DNA of 63,070 nt, filler included, from Octopus bimaculoides (GCF_001194135.2; 4 parts of 4 records of this genome joined end to end with filler, not necessarily neighbours in it), one strand, 5' to 3'; shown: positions 39,600-53,639, numbered from the whole stretch's first letter. The notes: generated by a model not told the origin, from the letters alone. A program made the numbers and translations.

Positions 39600-40510
39600 T
39601 ACTGGCTCCAAAAAATATTGCTGTACATTGCATTAATAATATGCTATTGAATAAACTTCGAGAAGTATTCATTTATACCTCAATTCACATGGTTGTTGAT
39701 TATCACGATTTTAACTACCCCATAGAATTTTTGAACTCACTAGAACCACCACGTACAGCACCTTGTTGTCTTCAGCTGAGAAAATGGACTCCTATTATGT
39801 TATTACGTAATTTATCTCATCCAAAATTATGTAGTGGTAGAAGATTAATTGTGCACAAACTCATGACGAACTGCATTGAGGCAAATATTCTCACTGGTTG
39901 TGGTAAATGTAAGACCGTCTTCATTCCTAACATAGCAGTTATACAATCTAATGTCCAATTCTAATTCAAGCAGTTACAGTTTCCTATCCCACTTTCTTTT
40001 GCCATGAGCATTAATAAAAGTCAGGGCCAAACACTAAAAATTGAAGAACCATGCTTTTTATATGCCCAACATTATGTGGAAACATCATGTGTGTTAGGAA
40101 AAGCAAATCTTTTTGCACTCCGAAATAAAGCAAAAAACACTGTTTATAAAGAAATATTCACTCTGAATGCAAGATGAATACTTCATTAACTTAATTTACC
40201 ATTAATATCATCACATTCAAGAATGAGGGAACTACCTATTTAAATGAACGGTATTATATAATAGCCATTACTGAATTGATGATTAAAATAACACATACAA
40301 CTCACTTATTATTGTCATATAATAAACAAACACAAGTTCAAATTTGAAATTGATCTTTTGTCGTCTTCAATTGTTACACATTTTTCTCTTATAAAAAAAG
40401 CACACATACAGGAGGAGTAATTTATATATATAATAATAATACTTTGCATGTGGCTCCCTAGGAATAGTGAAAGTAATTATCGGGTAAACGACGGGTTTTA
40501 CTAATAGTAT
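39600..40510 (+). mobile_element. Helitron RepHel PIF1-type helicase C-terminal fragment
   Basis: YPIEFLNSLEPP...LQLRKWTPIMLLRNLSHPKLCSGRRLIV...IEANILTG...VFIP, then FPIPLSFAMSINKSQGQTLK...TVYKEIF. A possible degenerate 3' terminus lies at about 40480-40507. Confidence 0.85.
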
Positions 40511-41759
40511 ATATATATATATATATATATATATNNNNNNNNNNNNNNNNNNNNNNNNNNNNNNNNNNNNNNNNNNNNNNNNNNNNNNNNNNNNNNNNNN
40601 NNNNNNNNNNNNNNNNNNNNNNNNNNNNNNNNNNNNNNNNNNNNNNNNNNNNNNNNNNNNNNNNNNNNNNNNNNNNNNNNNNNNNNNNNNNNNNNNNNNN
40701 NNNNNNNNNNNNNNNNNNNNNNNNNNNNNNNNNNNNNNNNNNNNNNNNNNNNNNNNNNNNNNNNNNNNNNNNNNNNNNNNNNNNNNNNNNNNNNNNNNNN
40801 NNNNNNNNNNNNNNNNNNNNNNNNNNNNNNNNNNNNNNNNNNNNNNNNNNNNNNNNNNNNNNNNNNNNNNNNNNNNNNNNNNNNNNNNNNNNNNNNNNNN
40901 NNNNNNNNNNNNNNNNNNNNNNNNNNNNNNNNNNNNNNNNNNNNNNNNNNNNNNNNNNNNNNNNNNNNNNNNNNNNNNNNNNNNNNNNNNNNNNNNNNNN
41001 NNNNNNNNNNNNNNNNNNNNNNNNNNNNNNNNNNNNNNNNNNNNNNNNNNNNNNNNNNNNNNNNNNNNNNNNNNNNNNNNNNNNNNNNNNNNNNNNNNNN
41101 NNNNNNNNNNNNNNNNNNNNNNNNNNNNNNNNNNNTATATATATATGTATGTATATATATATATATATGTATATATATGCATACATATATGTGGGTATGT
41201 CTGTGTGAGTGTCTGCTTTTTGTCTCATTTTATTCTATTTTATTAAAGGGATTTTATGTTGTATTTAATTATAATTTCATTGTTAGTACATTTTAGCTTT
41301 CCTTTTTATTGTCCATGACGTCAAGCTTAATCAAGCGTTTTCCTTTTGACTTTTCTTTTTCTTTGTACCTGTTGCCACGGAATAACTTGCTAAACCAACC
41401 ATATCCAATGATGTGTCGATATCATTCAAGCAGAACTTATACCTGCAAATCACTTAACTTAACTACAATGTCTTGTTAATACACAAGATGTTATCTAATA
41501 CAATTATTAATATACAGATGTTCTACACACACGCGCGTGCGCATTTACGGGTGCGCACGCACTCGCGAGTGCACACACACATACTTTCATTTTGAATAAT
41601 CATTGATTTTGTTACGTTTTAGTTCACGGTTTGAAAGATAATTATACGTAGGTGTGCTTAAGGTCACAGTTCCACACAATCTCAGTTCTATACCTTCTTT
41701 CGCACCTGTGTACCTTCCACCCATATATATTCACTCATTGTGCATGTACAAATGTATTT

Positions 41760-42600
41760 ATTTGTATACATGTACGTATGAATGTTTGTGTATATATGTA
41801 TGATTATTCTTTGAGTTTCATTTAGGCTCTTCTTGATGTATGTATGTATGAATGTATGTACTTTTCTGTCTCTTTTAAAAGTCTAGTGTAAATTTTGACC
41901 GGCCACTTACTTTGTAGCAAGGTTTTGAAAGAAAGTATCTTGTTTGGCCATCATCGTTTAAATCTTAAGAAAGTCTCGTAGATTTTTATAGTCCCAGATA
42001 TCGTAATCATTTGTAGCTTTAGAATTAAGGATTTGCATTCTCTCCCACATGATATAAAATTAAGCCATACTTTGCTCCAGACGGGTTTGTCTATATCTTG
42101 TTGCTCCAATAATAATAATAATAGGTATGAAGCTGAAAGTGTATCTTGGGTAGAGGATTTGAAAACACTTTACTAATGGTCCACAGATGTCCTCTTTCTC
42201 TTCTATTTTACGAACTACATTGGTGTCTTAAGGGCACTTGCTTTCCACAAGAGAACATATCTGCTTATGGCCTGATTCAACAATATCTGGCTGAGTGTGT
42301 TCTAGTTTCATGGCTGTCTTAATTTTTAGGTTCTACTAATATTTTTATCGTCTGTAGGTGTCTTCTCTTTTCTTATTCTCTTCCAGATCGTCTTAGCCCC
42401 TGCACCATACCGCATGAAAAAAAAATATATGGAAGGTGTTCCCCAAGATTTGGCAACAATGTGGTTGAATTGTTCAGTCTAAATCTTGCGCAGCCTACAT
42501 TTGTAGTCTGCCAACGTTTTCTGCTTTTTATGCCGTAGGTACTTTGTGGGGGTTTCATGTCTTGCTTTGCATGGAGGTAGCCTTCAAAGTGGGATGTCAT
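41760..42600 (-). mobile_element. Second copy of the family-B RLE LINE 3' end
   Basis: Aligns by eye with 37190-37945 (cattctctcccaca...gccatactttgctccagacggg...ctgaaagtgtatcttgggtag...ccttcaaagtggga). Confidence 0.7.
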
Positions 42601-42794
42601 AAACTACAAGAGAAATAATATTCCTCTTTAGATTATAAAGTACAGGACAAGTTATTACATCTGATAAAGTACAAAACAAAAACAAAATAATTACTTAAAA
42701 TATTGCAGCTAAGGTTAAAATTTGAGTATTAAAAATTATTTGATTTTAATTTACGAAATAAATTTACATGTAGACAAGCGAGGGATAGAAAGTA

Positions 42795-42873
<79 letters not shown>

Positions 42874-44669
42874 GCCTGGATGCAGTACCAGGCAGTGGCT
42901 CTCATGGCTTCTGATCTTAATTGATTGGAAGTGTTATCATGTACATTGTTTTGTCTTGGTATGAAAGATGAGCTACAGCAAATATTCTGCTCAATACCAC
43001 AGATATACTTGTCTGTTGTTTGACCTTAACCAGTTGAGCATGTCCCTTGGTCGCTGACGATATGTGCATCTCTGATCATGAACAGAAATAGTGGGGAGCA
43101 TCATAGTCATGTGTTGAGAGGAATTCTTTGGGGTTTGAATAATTCACCTTTGGAAACATGGGTGTTTTGCTCAACATCCTTAAACAAACCTTATTCAGAG
43201 ACCTTTTGAGCGGGATGGGCTACTCGACCTGAAGAAAATTCTAACTGGGCACCACCTGCGAGGTCATGCGCTGTTTATCTTGATATGAGATCACCATGTT
43301 GTGCACATATGGTTGTGATGAATGTGCCTGGTGTACTGGGCATACTGGGCATACTGGGCTTCGTATATTTTACCCCAGTGTCACTTTGATGGCNNNNNNN
43401 NNNNNNNNNNNNNNNNNNNNNNNNNNNNNNNNNNNNNNNNNNNNNNNNNNNNNNNNNNNNNNNNNNNNNNNNNNNNNNNNNNNNNNNNNNNNNNNNNNNN
43501 NNNNNNNNNNNNNNNNNNNNNNNNNNNNNNNNNNNNNNNNNNNNNNNNNNNNNNNNNNNNNNNNNNNNNNNNNNNNNNNNNNNNNNNNNNNNNNNNNNNN
43601 NNNNNNNNNNNNNNNNNNNNNNNNNNNNNNNNNNNNNNNNNNNNNNNNNNNNNNNNNNNNNNNNNNNNNNNNNNNNNNNNNNNNNNNNNNNNNNNNNNNN
43701 NNNNNNNNNNNNATATATATATATATATATATATATATATAGCCACATACATATACACACGCATATGTGTGTATGCATGCATATATATGTTTGTGTGTAT
43801 GTGTGTCAGTGTGTATGCTGTATGTATGTATGTATGTATGTATGTATGTATGTATGTATGTATGTATGTGTGTGTGTATGTGTATGTATGTATGTATGTA
43901 TGTATGTATGTATGTATGTATGTGTGTACGTGTATGTATGTATGTACTCTACAGCAAATGTCAGATGAAAACAAAACTAAAGAATTATCACCTTGCGGTG
44001 CAATGAAACTTTGGCTACAATAACCAATTCACCGCATAACATCAAAATCTTTTCATAGACCATTACTCGAGTTTTTTGTTGTTTGTTATTTTCTGCCTAA
44101 CCTTACCGTTTTGTTAAGATGGTAGTAGCAAGAAAATACAACATCGTTTACATAGAAGGTAAGCGAATCGATATGTTATATTTTGACCCAAATACATGTT
44201 AGTTCTTGTTTTCCAACTGTAACATTTCTACATGCTCCGCTGACACCTTTGTAACTCATGCAATTCTGCCGATTAATAATAATAATAATAATAATATATG
44301 CATATATGAATACACACACGCACGCACACACACATACAAAAACAAAGATTTATTCACTTGTAATTTATTTCATGAAATAAGAGAAAACTAAACGTGACGT
44401 TTTTGTTTGCATTATCATAGGTTAAATTGATTTTCAATAATTCAATAGAGTAAAAGTGATTCGGTTTCAACTCAGTCTCCCTGAACTAGTCAGTAGCTTC
44501 TGAGTATTTATAAATCTTTCATCGTCATCATCGTGTTTGATTAAATGTACGGATACTGAGGATTGGGCGGTGGTTTTCAGGGGGCTTCTTGTGTCGTCCG
44601 TGTGTAAACTGTATACGAAACACAAGTCTGAACCGTCGTAACCTTCAGTGTTGGCTCTGAATTCTGTAG

Positions 44670-44880
44670 AAAGTCATGAGGCCTATCTCCCTGACTTCAG
44701 GTGTTACCAAGGTCACGGAACGCATTGTCAGGAGGAGACTGATCACGATCCTGGAAGAGGTTAGTTTGCTCACAAACACACAACATGGTTTTCGCCCTTG
44801 GAGCAGCTGCCTCACACAGCTACTACAACATTATGATTGGGTACTGAAACAGCAGCTTAACTACTCAAATGTGGATGTGA
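44670..44880 (+). mobile_element. CR1/L2-type LINE reverse transcriptase fragment
   Basis: RPISLTSGVTKVTERIVRRRL...LLTNTQHGFRPWSSCLTQLLQHYD...NVDVI, ending at a (TACA)n tract. Confidence 0.82.
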
Positions 44881-45330
44881 TACACATACATACATACATG
44901 CATACATGCATACATACATACATGCTTACATGCATATCCATACGTGTATGCATGTACGAGCGGATGGTTTCTTCTTATATAACCTTTTATGAAACAGTAC
45001 TTTCGTTGATCATAGGTTTACAAATGATCAGTTACTGTCTTATATGTGTATGCAAAGGTTATTTACTTTTTTTTACAAAATTTTCCTCGAATACTAAGTT
45101 GCTTGTGATTTAGTAAGCATAATATCAGTAAGTGGCAGTAAGCATCATCATTAACACCAAACAAAAGTCTTCATGAGATATGTTTCGGAAACGAGCCGCA
45201 CACAGAGATATATTACATCTACACAAAGAAAACCATACTAAGAAGACAGATGCATAAAACGGCGCGAAAAGATACACATCCGTTTTTTTTTTAGCGAATA
45301 TATTTTTTATTTGATTTTCTTTATACAATA

Positions 45331-45683
45331 CTAGCAGTATAACCCGACCTTGTCCGGGTGTGACTTATTATGCCATCTACGATAAGTCTTGCTAGCTGAA
45401 AATCAACTAAAAAAGAAAGCCTTACAACGAAAAAACCCTTATGATGTAAATATGTTCATAATTCAAAAGACGATGAAATTAATAGGGAAAGTCTGAAGGC
45501 TGTTTTGCGTAAAATTATTAAGCATACGTAAATTTCATCCGTGTAATTGGTTATAGAAATGCTTGTGCAAAACAACTTTTTGCGCTGCCCTGATTATACA
45601 TAGCAGGGTAATCCCTTTTCACAGGAGCTAGGATGGCAATTTGTAACGAAGCAATTGCTGGCGATCTGTTGCTAAACAGTTTT
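45331..45683 (-). mobile_element. Probable non-autonomous Helitron 3' end
   Basis: On minus: hairpin acccggacaaggtcgggt, 8-nt spacer, CTAG (plus 45331-45334) followed by T. This is the canonical Helitron 3' signature. Confidence 0.55.
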
Positions 45684-45783
45684 NNNNNNNNNNNNNNNNN
45701 NNNNNNNNNNNNNNNNNNNNNNNNNNNTTAATTAATTAANNNNNNNNNNNNNNNNNNNNNNNNNNNNNNNNNNNNNNNNNNNN

Positions 45784-47895
45784 GGTTGCTATTTGACTTC
45801 CCTGAAGAGGCTTGCAATGTATCAAGCCAGTCCCTTGTAGGGGCGAAGATTTTGTTTCTTCCCACATACTGTGGGAAGAAGGTTACAAGGGCTTGGGTAT
45901 GTGGGCTGCCGTCCGGAGTTCGGTCTGAATGGATCTAACAGACCATTCGTAGGGGTCTGGGCAGCGGCAGTACCAAGCTACTTGGTGTAAAGGTGGAGGC
46001 CGCGACCGACTGGGTTGGGTCAAAGGCAGTGCTGACCCTTTGGACCCAGTCGGCCAGTGATCTCATGTTCCCAGGTTTTCTGGTAATGGTCAGGGTCAGG
46101 TATCCGGTGATACTGGAAGGACGCCCCACCCCAAGTGTCACCTATGTCTGGAGCCTGGCCATATCAGGAAAAATTGCCCCCGGGAAATCACTGGATCTCA
46201 TCCTGCAGGCGGATGAGAAGCAGCTAGAAAATTTAGCAGAGACGGTGACGCTGGGTGAAATTGTGTTAAGAGTGTGAGTGGAGGGCAGAGTCCCACGTTG
46301 TTTTAAATGTGGCCAAAAGGGCCACATTAGAGCACACTGCCCTCTACAGAAGAAAACAATAGATGAAACAACAGACGAACCAGTTGTGGAGACGGATGAG
46401 AAAAAGAGGAAGAAAAGAAAGACGGAAGAAAGGAGGGAGAATGGGCAATAGCAGAGAGTAGAAGGAAGAAGAGGAAGAAAAGAAAGAACACTGAGTGTGA
46501 TGTGGTACCCCAATCCAACCCCATCCCACCCAAGTCCACTCAGACCCACCCGCCCTATACTGCTTTCGTGTGGGAAATTAACCTACCCAAAGAATGGGTG
46601 ACAGATTTGGAAAGGAGGACAGTGGTTCTAAGGACTTATTCAAAGTCCTTGGATACCATTGTCGCCTTTCCTAGGCTAGAAATAGAAAAGGAGCTGGTGG
46701 AGTACATGCCGATGATAAAGCACATCGCCAGGGCTTCCATATATGCAACCATATGGTTGCTGTTTGGAACCCCGGAGATGGCGTGTAAATTCGCCAGTCA
46801 ACCCCTGGAGGGGGGAAAAATTTTGTTCCTCCCCTCTTATTATGGGAGAAAATGTTAGCGGGCGTTTGTCTGCGGGTTGCCACCGAGTTTAAAAGAAAGT
46901 TGGTTGGCCGAAACCATCCAAAGGGGACTTGGTGGCACCAGAGATACTAAATTGTTAAATGTAAAATTGTTGCCATCTGCTGACTGGGTTGGGGCTAAGG
47001 CCATATTAACGTTGTGGACCCAGTTAGATGATGAAAGTGTGGTCTTTCCAGACTACTTGACTATGGCAGGTTCTAGGTATCCTGTAATCCTTGAAGGACG
47101 ACTTCCGAAATGTCACGGATGCCTGGAGCCTGGTCATTTGAAGAAGGATTGTCGCTGAGACACGAAAGTGACCCAGGAGCAGACACCCATTAAAAAAAGT
47201 AGTCCTGCTCTGCCGGAGAAAAACCAGGCTAAAGAAAGTGTGCCCGTCGACTCCCCATTGGAGGGGGAGATGGTGAAAATAGAAAAAGAAAGATGAGCAA
47301 CGTCAGTTGCTCACCACCTAAAGAGCAGTCTGTGGGTGAAGAGATGGGCCCCCTGAGTATCCCGGCAGAGGCCTCAACGCCCGCAGACGGAAAAAGGGGG
47401 AAAAGGAAAAAGAAACGGGAGACGGTCGGCGGAAGTCACTGCGTTGCCGACCGAACCCGAGGCCTCTCCGGTGGGAAGTGTGCCCCCGGAGAGGAAAACT
47501 CTGCCAGCGGGAATTGTGCCAATGACAGAGTGGCGTGACGTCCCTCCCAGTGAGGATAATGATTCTGTTATCCTGTACTGTGAGGGAGGGGCGGTGAATG
47601 AATTCTTGGACCGCGAGTGCGGCCAAGATAGGAGCTACTCGGAATATGTGAGTAGTTCCACATGGCCTCCGCAGGTGACTGCGGAGGTTATAAGTGACAA
47701 CATAATGACAAAAGTCATAGAAAAATATGACTACAAATATTTCTTCTACCTCGCCCCAAGCTCAAGCCTAACAACAGACACTTGTTTGGCAGGGGCAGCA
47801 TATCTGCTTGCGGAGGAGTGGAATGATGAAAATTATGATATTTTTAATTGTTAATATATTGAAATTGTGTAAAAATTGTAGTTTTAAAAGGGAAN
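45784..47895 (+). mobile_element. Array of three gag/ORF1-like (L1/Tx1-type) fragments, each ending in a CCHC knuckle; no ORF2 visible
   Basis: CHLCLEPGHIRKNC (46136-46177), CFKCGQKGHIRAHC (46299-46340), CHGCLEPGHLKKDC (47111-47152). Copies 1 and 3 share KILFLP.Y.G.K...CGLP...DWVG.KA.LTLWTQ...YPVILEGR. Stops and frameshifts present. Confidence 0.72.
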
Positions 47896-48109
47896 NNNNN
47901 NNNNNNNNNNNNNNNNNNNNNNNNNNNNNNNNNNNNNNNNNNNNNNNNNNNNNNNNNNNNNNNNNNNNNNNNNNNNNNNNNNNNNNNNNNNNNNNNNNNN
48001 NNNNNNNNNNNNNNNNNNNNNNNNNNNNNNNNNNNNNNNNNNNNNNNNNNNNNNNNNNNNNNNNNNNNNNNNNNNNNNNNNNNNNNNNNNNNNNNNNNNN
48101 NNNNNNNNN

Positions 48110-48141
<32 letters not shown>

Positions 48142-49399
48142 GGTGTCTGTTTGTCCCCCCAGCATCGCTTGACAACCGATGCTGGTGTGTTCGCGTCCCC
48201 GTAACTTAGCGGTTCGGCAAAAGAGACCGATAGAGAATAAGTACTAGGCTTACAAACAGTAAGCTCTGGGGTCGATTTACTCGACTATAAAGGCGGTGCT
48301 CCAGCATGGCCGCCGTCAAATGACTGAAACAAGTAAAAGAGTAAAAGAGAGTATTATTACAGAAATTGTCAAGTTCTTTGTTCTTTTTGATGGATAATAT
48401 TTACTTTCGTTTCTAACTATAGGTTCACTGTCATTGACATATAAACAATTCTTTTGTAAGTCATGATTTTCAAAAATAGTCTTAAATAGTATTTTTGATT
48501 TCCTTGGGGCTCAAATGTTTTTTTCTTTTTGTGTTTTTTTTTTTTTTTGTTAGTTGGTGTAGATTAAAACTGCTTTGCAAGTATGTTTATTTGTTCTATT
48601 GTTAACATGCTTTTAATAATTTATTATTTTGGGGTTTTGTGTTTCGCTTGTTTCAACTGGAATCCCTTTCGGCAAGATCTAACATATTTCACATACATAC
48701 AAATACATGCATACATACATACATACATAGTGTCAAATCCAGTTAGGTTGGCATAAGAGGACTAGTCATATTTCTGTAATAAATAGTACCTCCTATAAAC
48801 TTTACTATTAATATAAACATGGTAAAAAATGGCCATCTTTTTTCCAGTTGAGTGCGAAGAGTTCTTATTCTTGAAGACCGTAGCTCTTCTACGCACACCA
48901 CGGCGGGACAGGAGATTGGTGCTAGCGATTACGCGGAACTATGAAGAGAAAATTCTGTTAACTTCTGAAGACAACCACTATCAATTATATAAAGTAGGGG
49001 AGAGTTAAGGATTGGCTATATAAAAAATGATGAAGAATGACTAACATTTGGAATAACTTAATGTCCTGCACTTCAGTGCCAAACATTTCCGTCAACAAAC
49101 AAACTTTATCGAGAAAAACATTACTGTTATCTCAACTAACCATCAAAATCGCACAGTAAAATAAATGACAGCCCAAACCAGTGAAGCCTTCTCCTGAGAA
49201 GACCTTAAGGAACACGGATCCTTAAAGAACATTAACAGTAGCACTAAGATGAAAATACCACCTTCATACAAACGAACAGTAACTGATAATGAACAAACAA
49301 TAGTAATAAGTGAGAGAAAGCTTTAAACAACACTTCACATAAAAGCGCAATTACCACACGAATCGAAAGAAAAAAACCCTACCGAACTGATGTTATTCA

Positions 49400-52290
49400 G
49401 AAGGACCAAGCAGCTAAGGAACAACTAGCAGAAATTTGGAGCTTCAACTATTGAACTATGAAGAGATTTAGATCTTCAATTATTATCATTTGCAAAGGGG
49501 TGGAAATAAAAGAGATTGATAGTAACGAGAGAAAAGCAAACAAACAAACAAACAAACAAACAAAAACTAAAGGAAAACTCCAAAGTAGATGACTTTTCTC
49601 CAGACTAATATTGACAGGCTCAGAAAAATATGGGACATGAAGTGTAAAATGAATAATAAATTCACAAGCCACCAACTGAGAATTTACGATTATCTAAGGT
49701 CCCTGAGTATTGTTGACAAGAGACATTAATGAGTAAGTTAAGTACTCTGAGATACGAACTGTGGGTGGTAAGTGAACATATTCATCACAGTAAAAGAATT
49801 ACTAGAATGGAAGGCCGTCAATCGTAAGTTAGCACTAAACCCGAAAGCAGGTATCGTAGTATGAAAGGTCATACCGTCAAGGTCGTAACTGCCCGCACAA
49901 GGGATGAAGATGCTGGATCTGGAATGCAAGCAAACACAACAACCATGATGTAATGTACCTAGATTAACTATGTGGAGGCGCAATGGCCCAGTGGTTAGAT
50001 CAGCGGACACGCGGTCATAGGATCGCGGTTTCGATTCCCAGACCGGGCGTTGTGAGTGTTTATTGAGCGAAAACACATAAAACTCCACAAGGCTCCGGCA
50101 GGAGATGGTGGCGAACCCTGCTGTACTCTTTCAACACAACTTTCTCTCACCCTTACTTCCTGTTTCTGTTGCGCCTGTAATTCAAAGGGTCAGCCTTGTC
50201 ACAATCTGTGTCACGCTGAATATCCCCGAGAACTACGTTAAGGGTGCACGTGTCTGTGAAGTGCTTAGCCACTTGCACGTTAATTTCACGAGCAGGCTGT
50301 TCCGTTGATCGGATCAACTGGAACCCTCGACGTCGTAAGCGACAGAGTGCCAACAAGATTAACTATAGAAAGAGTACAGTGCAGACGATATCTCCCAAGC
50401 TTTACATATCACCTGACGGTTGTTGCAAAACTACCGAACGAAAAATGATCTCGGTGAGTCGGTTAATGATGTAGAAAACTTAAGTTCTACGGGCAGCTCT
50501 CCGGGAAGCTCTCATTAACCTGTTCAAAAGAATAATGAACGTTGAAGCTGATGTATCAGACTAGCTGACAGTTGCACGTTCAAAGCTAGTAGCTTGAATC
50601 AGGAAAGGTATGCGGCCACAAACTACATAGCGTGCTTGAATATGATTGATAAATTATACAGATGTTGTACAAATGTATGCCTCCGGGTTCACTGAGACAC
50701 ACACACAATATGGCGACGGATGAGCTAGAGGGAAGAAAGAAAGATGTAGTGGGATGTGCCAAACAGCTTCCCATCAACAAAGTTGTCCTTGAGGAATCGA
50801 AATAACACCGCCGAAATCTACCGATGGTATGACTAGACAATAAAAAGACATTTGACTCTATTCTTCGCACAAGGATAATTGAATTACTAAGCTTTGCCAA
50901 AGAAACAACTGCCATGTGATAATGCTGTTCGAAGACTACCAACAACATGGTCCACAGAGCTACCGATAAGAAGTGAAGCTACCTCAATGATTATTAAAAG
51001 AATCTGGAGGCTATCAGCAAGAATATTTCAGGGTGGCAGATTATCTGTAATGTTTTTCATTTGTCAGCTTTCTTAGGGAAATGTAAAAGCTACATAATAA
51101 GACCTGTAAATGAAATGGAAAAAATAATTTCATCCACACATTTTGTTGAGGAACTTATGATATACTCGAGCAATATTCCCGACACCAAGAGACAATTAGA
51201 ACTGGTCACATCGTTTTCAGAAAACATAAGAATAGGGTTTGGTCAAAATAAGTGTTAAATGGCGCTTTGTCAAGATACGGTTGCTAAACAAGTAATGATT
51301 GTCGACAAGTTAAGGAATATAAATATCAATATTCTGTCTATTTCCCCTTTCACCACTGATGAATGCGGCAAATGCTTTGGAATCGACGAGAAGATTGTAT
51401 ATGTTGTTACTGTGAGTAAGACTGCCATCAGAGGGTATGGGGATCAGAGCCGTCTGCATTCAACAAAATCCCAGAATGCATTCGCCAGTGATGGTACCAA
51501 CAGTTTGAATATACTTGAAAAAAATCAAGACTAGGGAAATGTTAACAACGACTGGTAAATTCCACATTAACAGTGACTTTAACAGGATCTTTGTAAACCG
51601 TAAGAAGGAAGGCAGAGATATCAACTCAAGCCAGGCGACCTTTGAGTGCCACATCACCGCCTAGACAACATATATTGAACAGTAAAAGGACAAATGAGTA
51701 TATTTCGTGTATACTCAACAGTGAAGGTAATAACATCATACGATTATGCGAATACCTCCTGAACAGATATTCTAAACGTACAGCTGTTCAATGTGAACCA
51801 AGGGTGGCTGAACTGACCTATGTAGAGATATGGAGGAGAAATACTCATCTTACCAGTAGAAAAATTTGGAAGATCACATATAGCGCAAGCTAGAGAACCC
51901 TAACAACATTGACAGGAAAAGTACTCTCTCATAACATCTCAGCAAGAAGGCTGTGCTTTTGCAATCCAAGAACAGAAGATAGCCACAAAATATCTGATCA
52001 GCATGCGAGATAAGTTTGCCTCTCAATCTCCACGCTGCCATAGAAAAATCTTGATTATGCCGTACCACTGTGGAATATATCATCTCTGCAACTGTCCAGA
52101 AATCTCCGCAAGGTACATCTTGGTCAGCTTCTTATGAGACATGACATTATCTATCGCTAAACTCGTTTTCAATGCTATATGCAGGAAGCCGTGTCGTGAC
52201 AGCCATACCAAAAGAACACAAGAATTCATCTAGTTTTATAAATAAATAATACTGGTCGAACCTAGTGTAAATACAACAGGTTAGATATTG
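49400..52290 (+). mobile_element. Long, highly decayed R4/Dong-like LINE, interrupted by a SINE at 49971-50353
   Basis: Remnants NRKLALNPKA, RIFQGGRLSVMFF, THFVEELMIYS...LELVTSFSENIRIGFGQNKC and FAIQEQKIATKY, resembling RT domains and the pre-CCHC region of R4/Dong ORFs. Confidence 0.55.
49971..50353 (+). mobile_element. tRNA-headed SINE family W, full copy
   Basis: A box tggcccagtgg and B box ggtttcgattcc. The body is near-identical to 1735-2057; related copies at about 16803-16960, 24939-25260, 27588-27770 and 3836-3968 (-). Confidence 0.82.
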
Positions 52291-52583
52291 TATGAGACAA
52301 TTCTTGGTGATAGTGAGGATTAACACATGGAGCCTGAGGCTTCTAGCTAAGTGCTGTTCATATTTAGCAGGTGTGTGAGCAGTAGTGTTTTCTTGATATG
52401 AGTAGTAGTTAAAGTTGCTTCTTGTTTTACTGTTAAAGGAAGCACAATTAGTATGAGGCCACAGGAGGATGTGTTCGAAGTGTCCATTCGTAGACTTAAT
52501 GCAGGTTTGGTGTCTGGTTTTAGAGCTGAGTGGGAATGGTGCGTGGCCGATGGTGGGGAAGGTTAGAGAGGAACAACGAGATA

Positions 52584-52636
<53 letters not shown>

Positions 52637-53006
52637 GATGTTGTCTATATTATAAGGTGTTTTCATTTAAAATATAAGTGAGTCACTGAATAGGGTGGAG
52701 AATAAAACTGAACACTACAATTTACCGGTGTTGATCGAGAGTGGACCTGAAAGAGTTCAATCAAAAATGCTATAACAAGGCGATCTGATAGAAAAGTAAA
52801 GATCCAAGAAATGAGAGATAGAAGAAGCCTGTAGCTGGAGAATTTCAACAGGAGATTAGCCCGACGGAGACGGCGGAAAGCTTTGCCGATGCCTAGGACA
52901 TTTCTTTACCTCTCTAAGATGAGTGCTCACTAGCGTATGGCCTAAGAGAATAGTTCTCCAGTACATCTAACCCTACCGATGCTGCATTAATGGCCATTAG
53001 AGTGAA

Positions 53007-53046
<40 letters not shown>

Positions 53047-53639
53047 CAGAGAGACAAACAGACAGACAGACAGGGACAGAGAGAGAGACAGAGAGAGAGA
53101 GACACTCTAATACCTTTCTCTCTCTTTCAACTTTATCTTCCCGTTCCTACCTTCTTATTGTATTCACTGACCACTATCTGGTACACTTTCCCTTATCTCT
53201 ATTTTTGTATTCCTTCTTCCTTTCTTTTCTTTCTTTCTCTTATTATTTTCTTCTTCCTATTTTCTCTTTCTCCCATTTTTTTCTCTCTTTCTTTATTCCT
53301 CTTTTCCTGTTTTCGATTTGACCTTACTAATACATTCCCTACTTTTAGGTCACTTTAAACAGAGCCCTTGATTCAATAACACTGTGTATAAACTCAGTAT
53401 TTGGAATGACCAATTTGAAAGACTGTTGGATTTTACTCGTAGGGTATTGGAATCTTAATAATGGATTTACAAATGCAATGACCAATCTTAAAAACTATTG
53501 GATTTTGCTCACAAGGTATTGGAATCTTATATGTATACCATTCTGCCTAAACAATGGTTTACAAATACAATATCTGTGCATTCTCTCCCTATTTCCTATC
53601 TTATCTAAATTAACTATTGCTTAACCATCCTCTCACACC

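Noticed and set aside
50410-50460. CTGACGG...stem...GAAC and, on minus at about 39270-39310, CAATGAG...GAAAC: weak hammerhead look-alikes
   Set aside because: Core nucleotides are missing or altered and the stems are poor.
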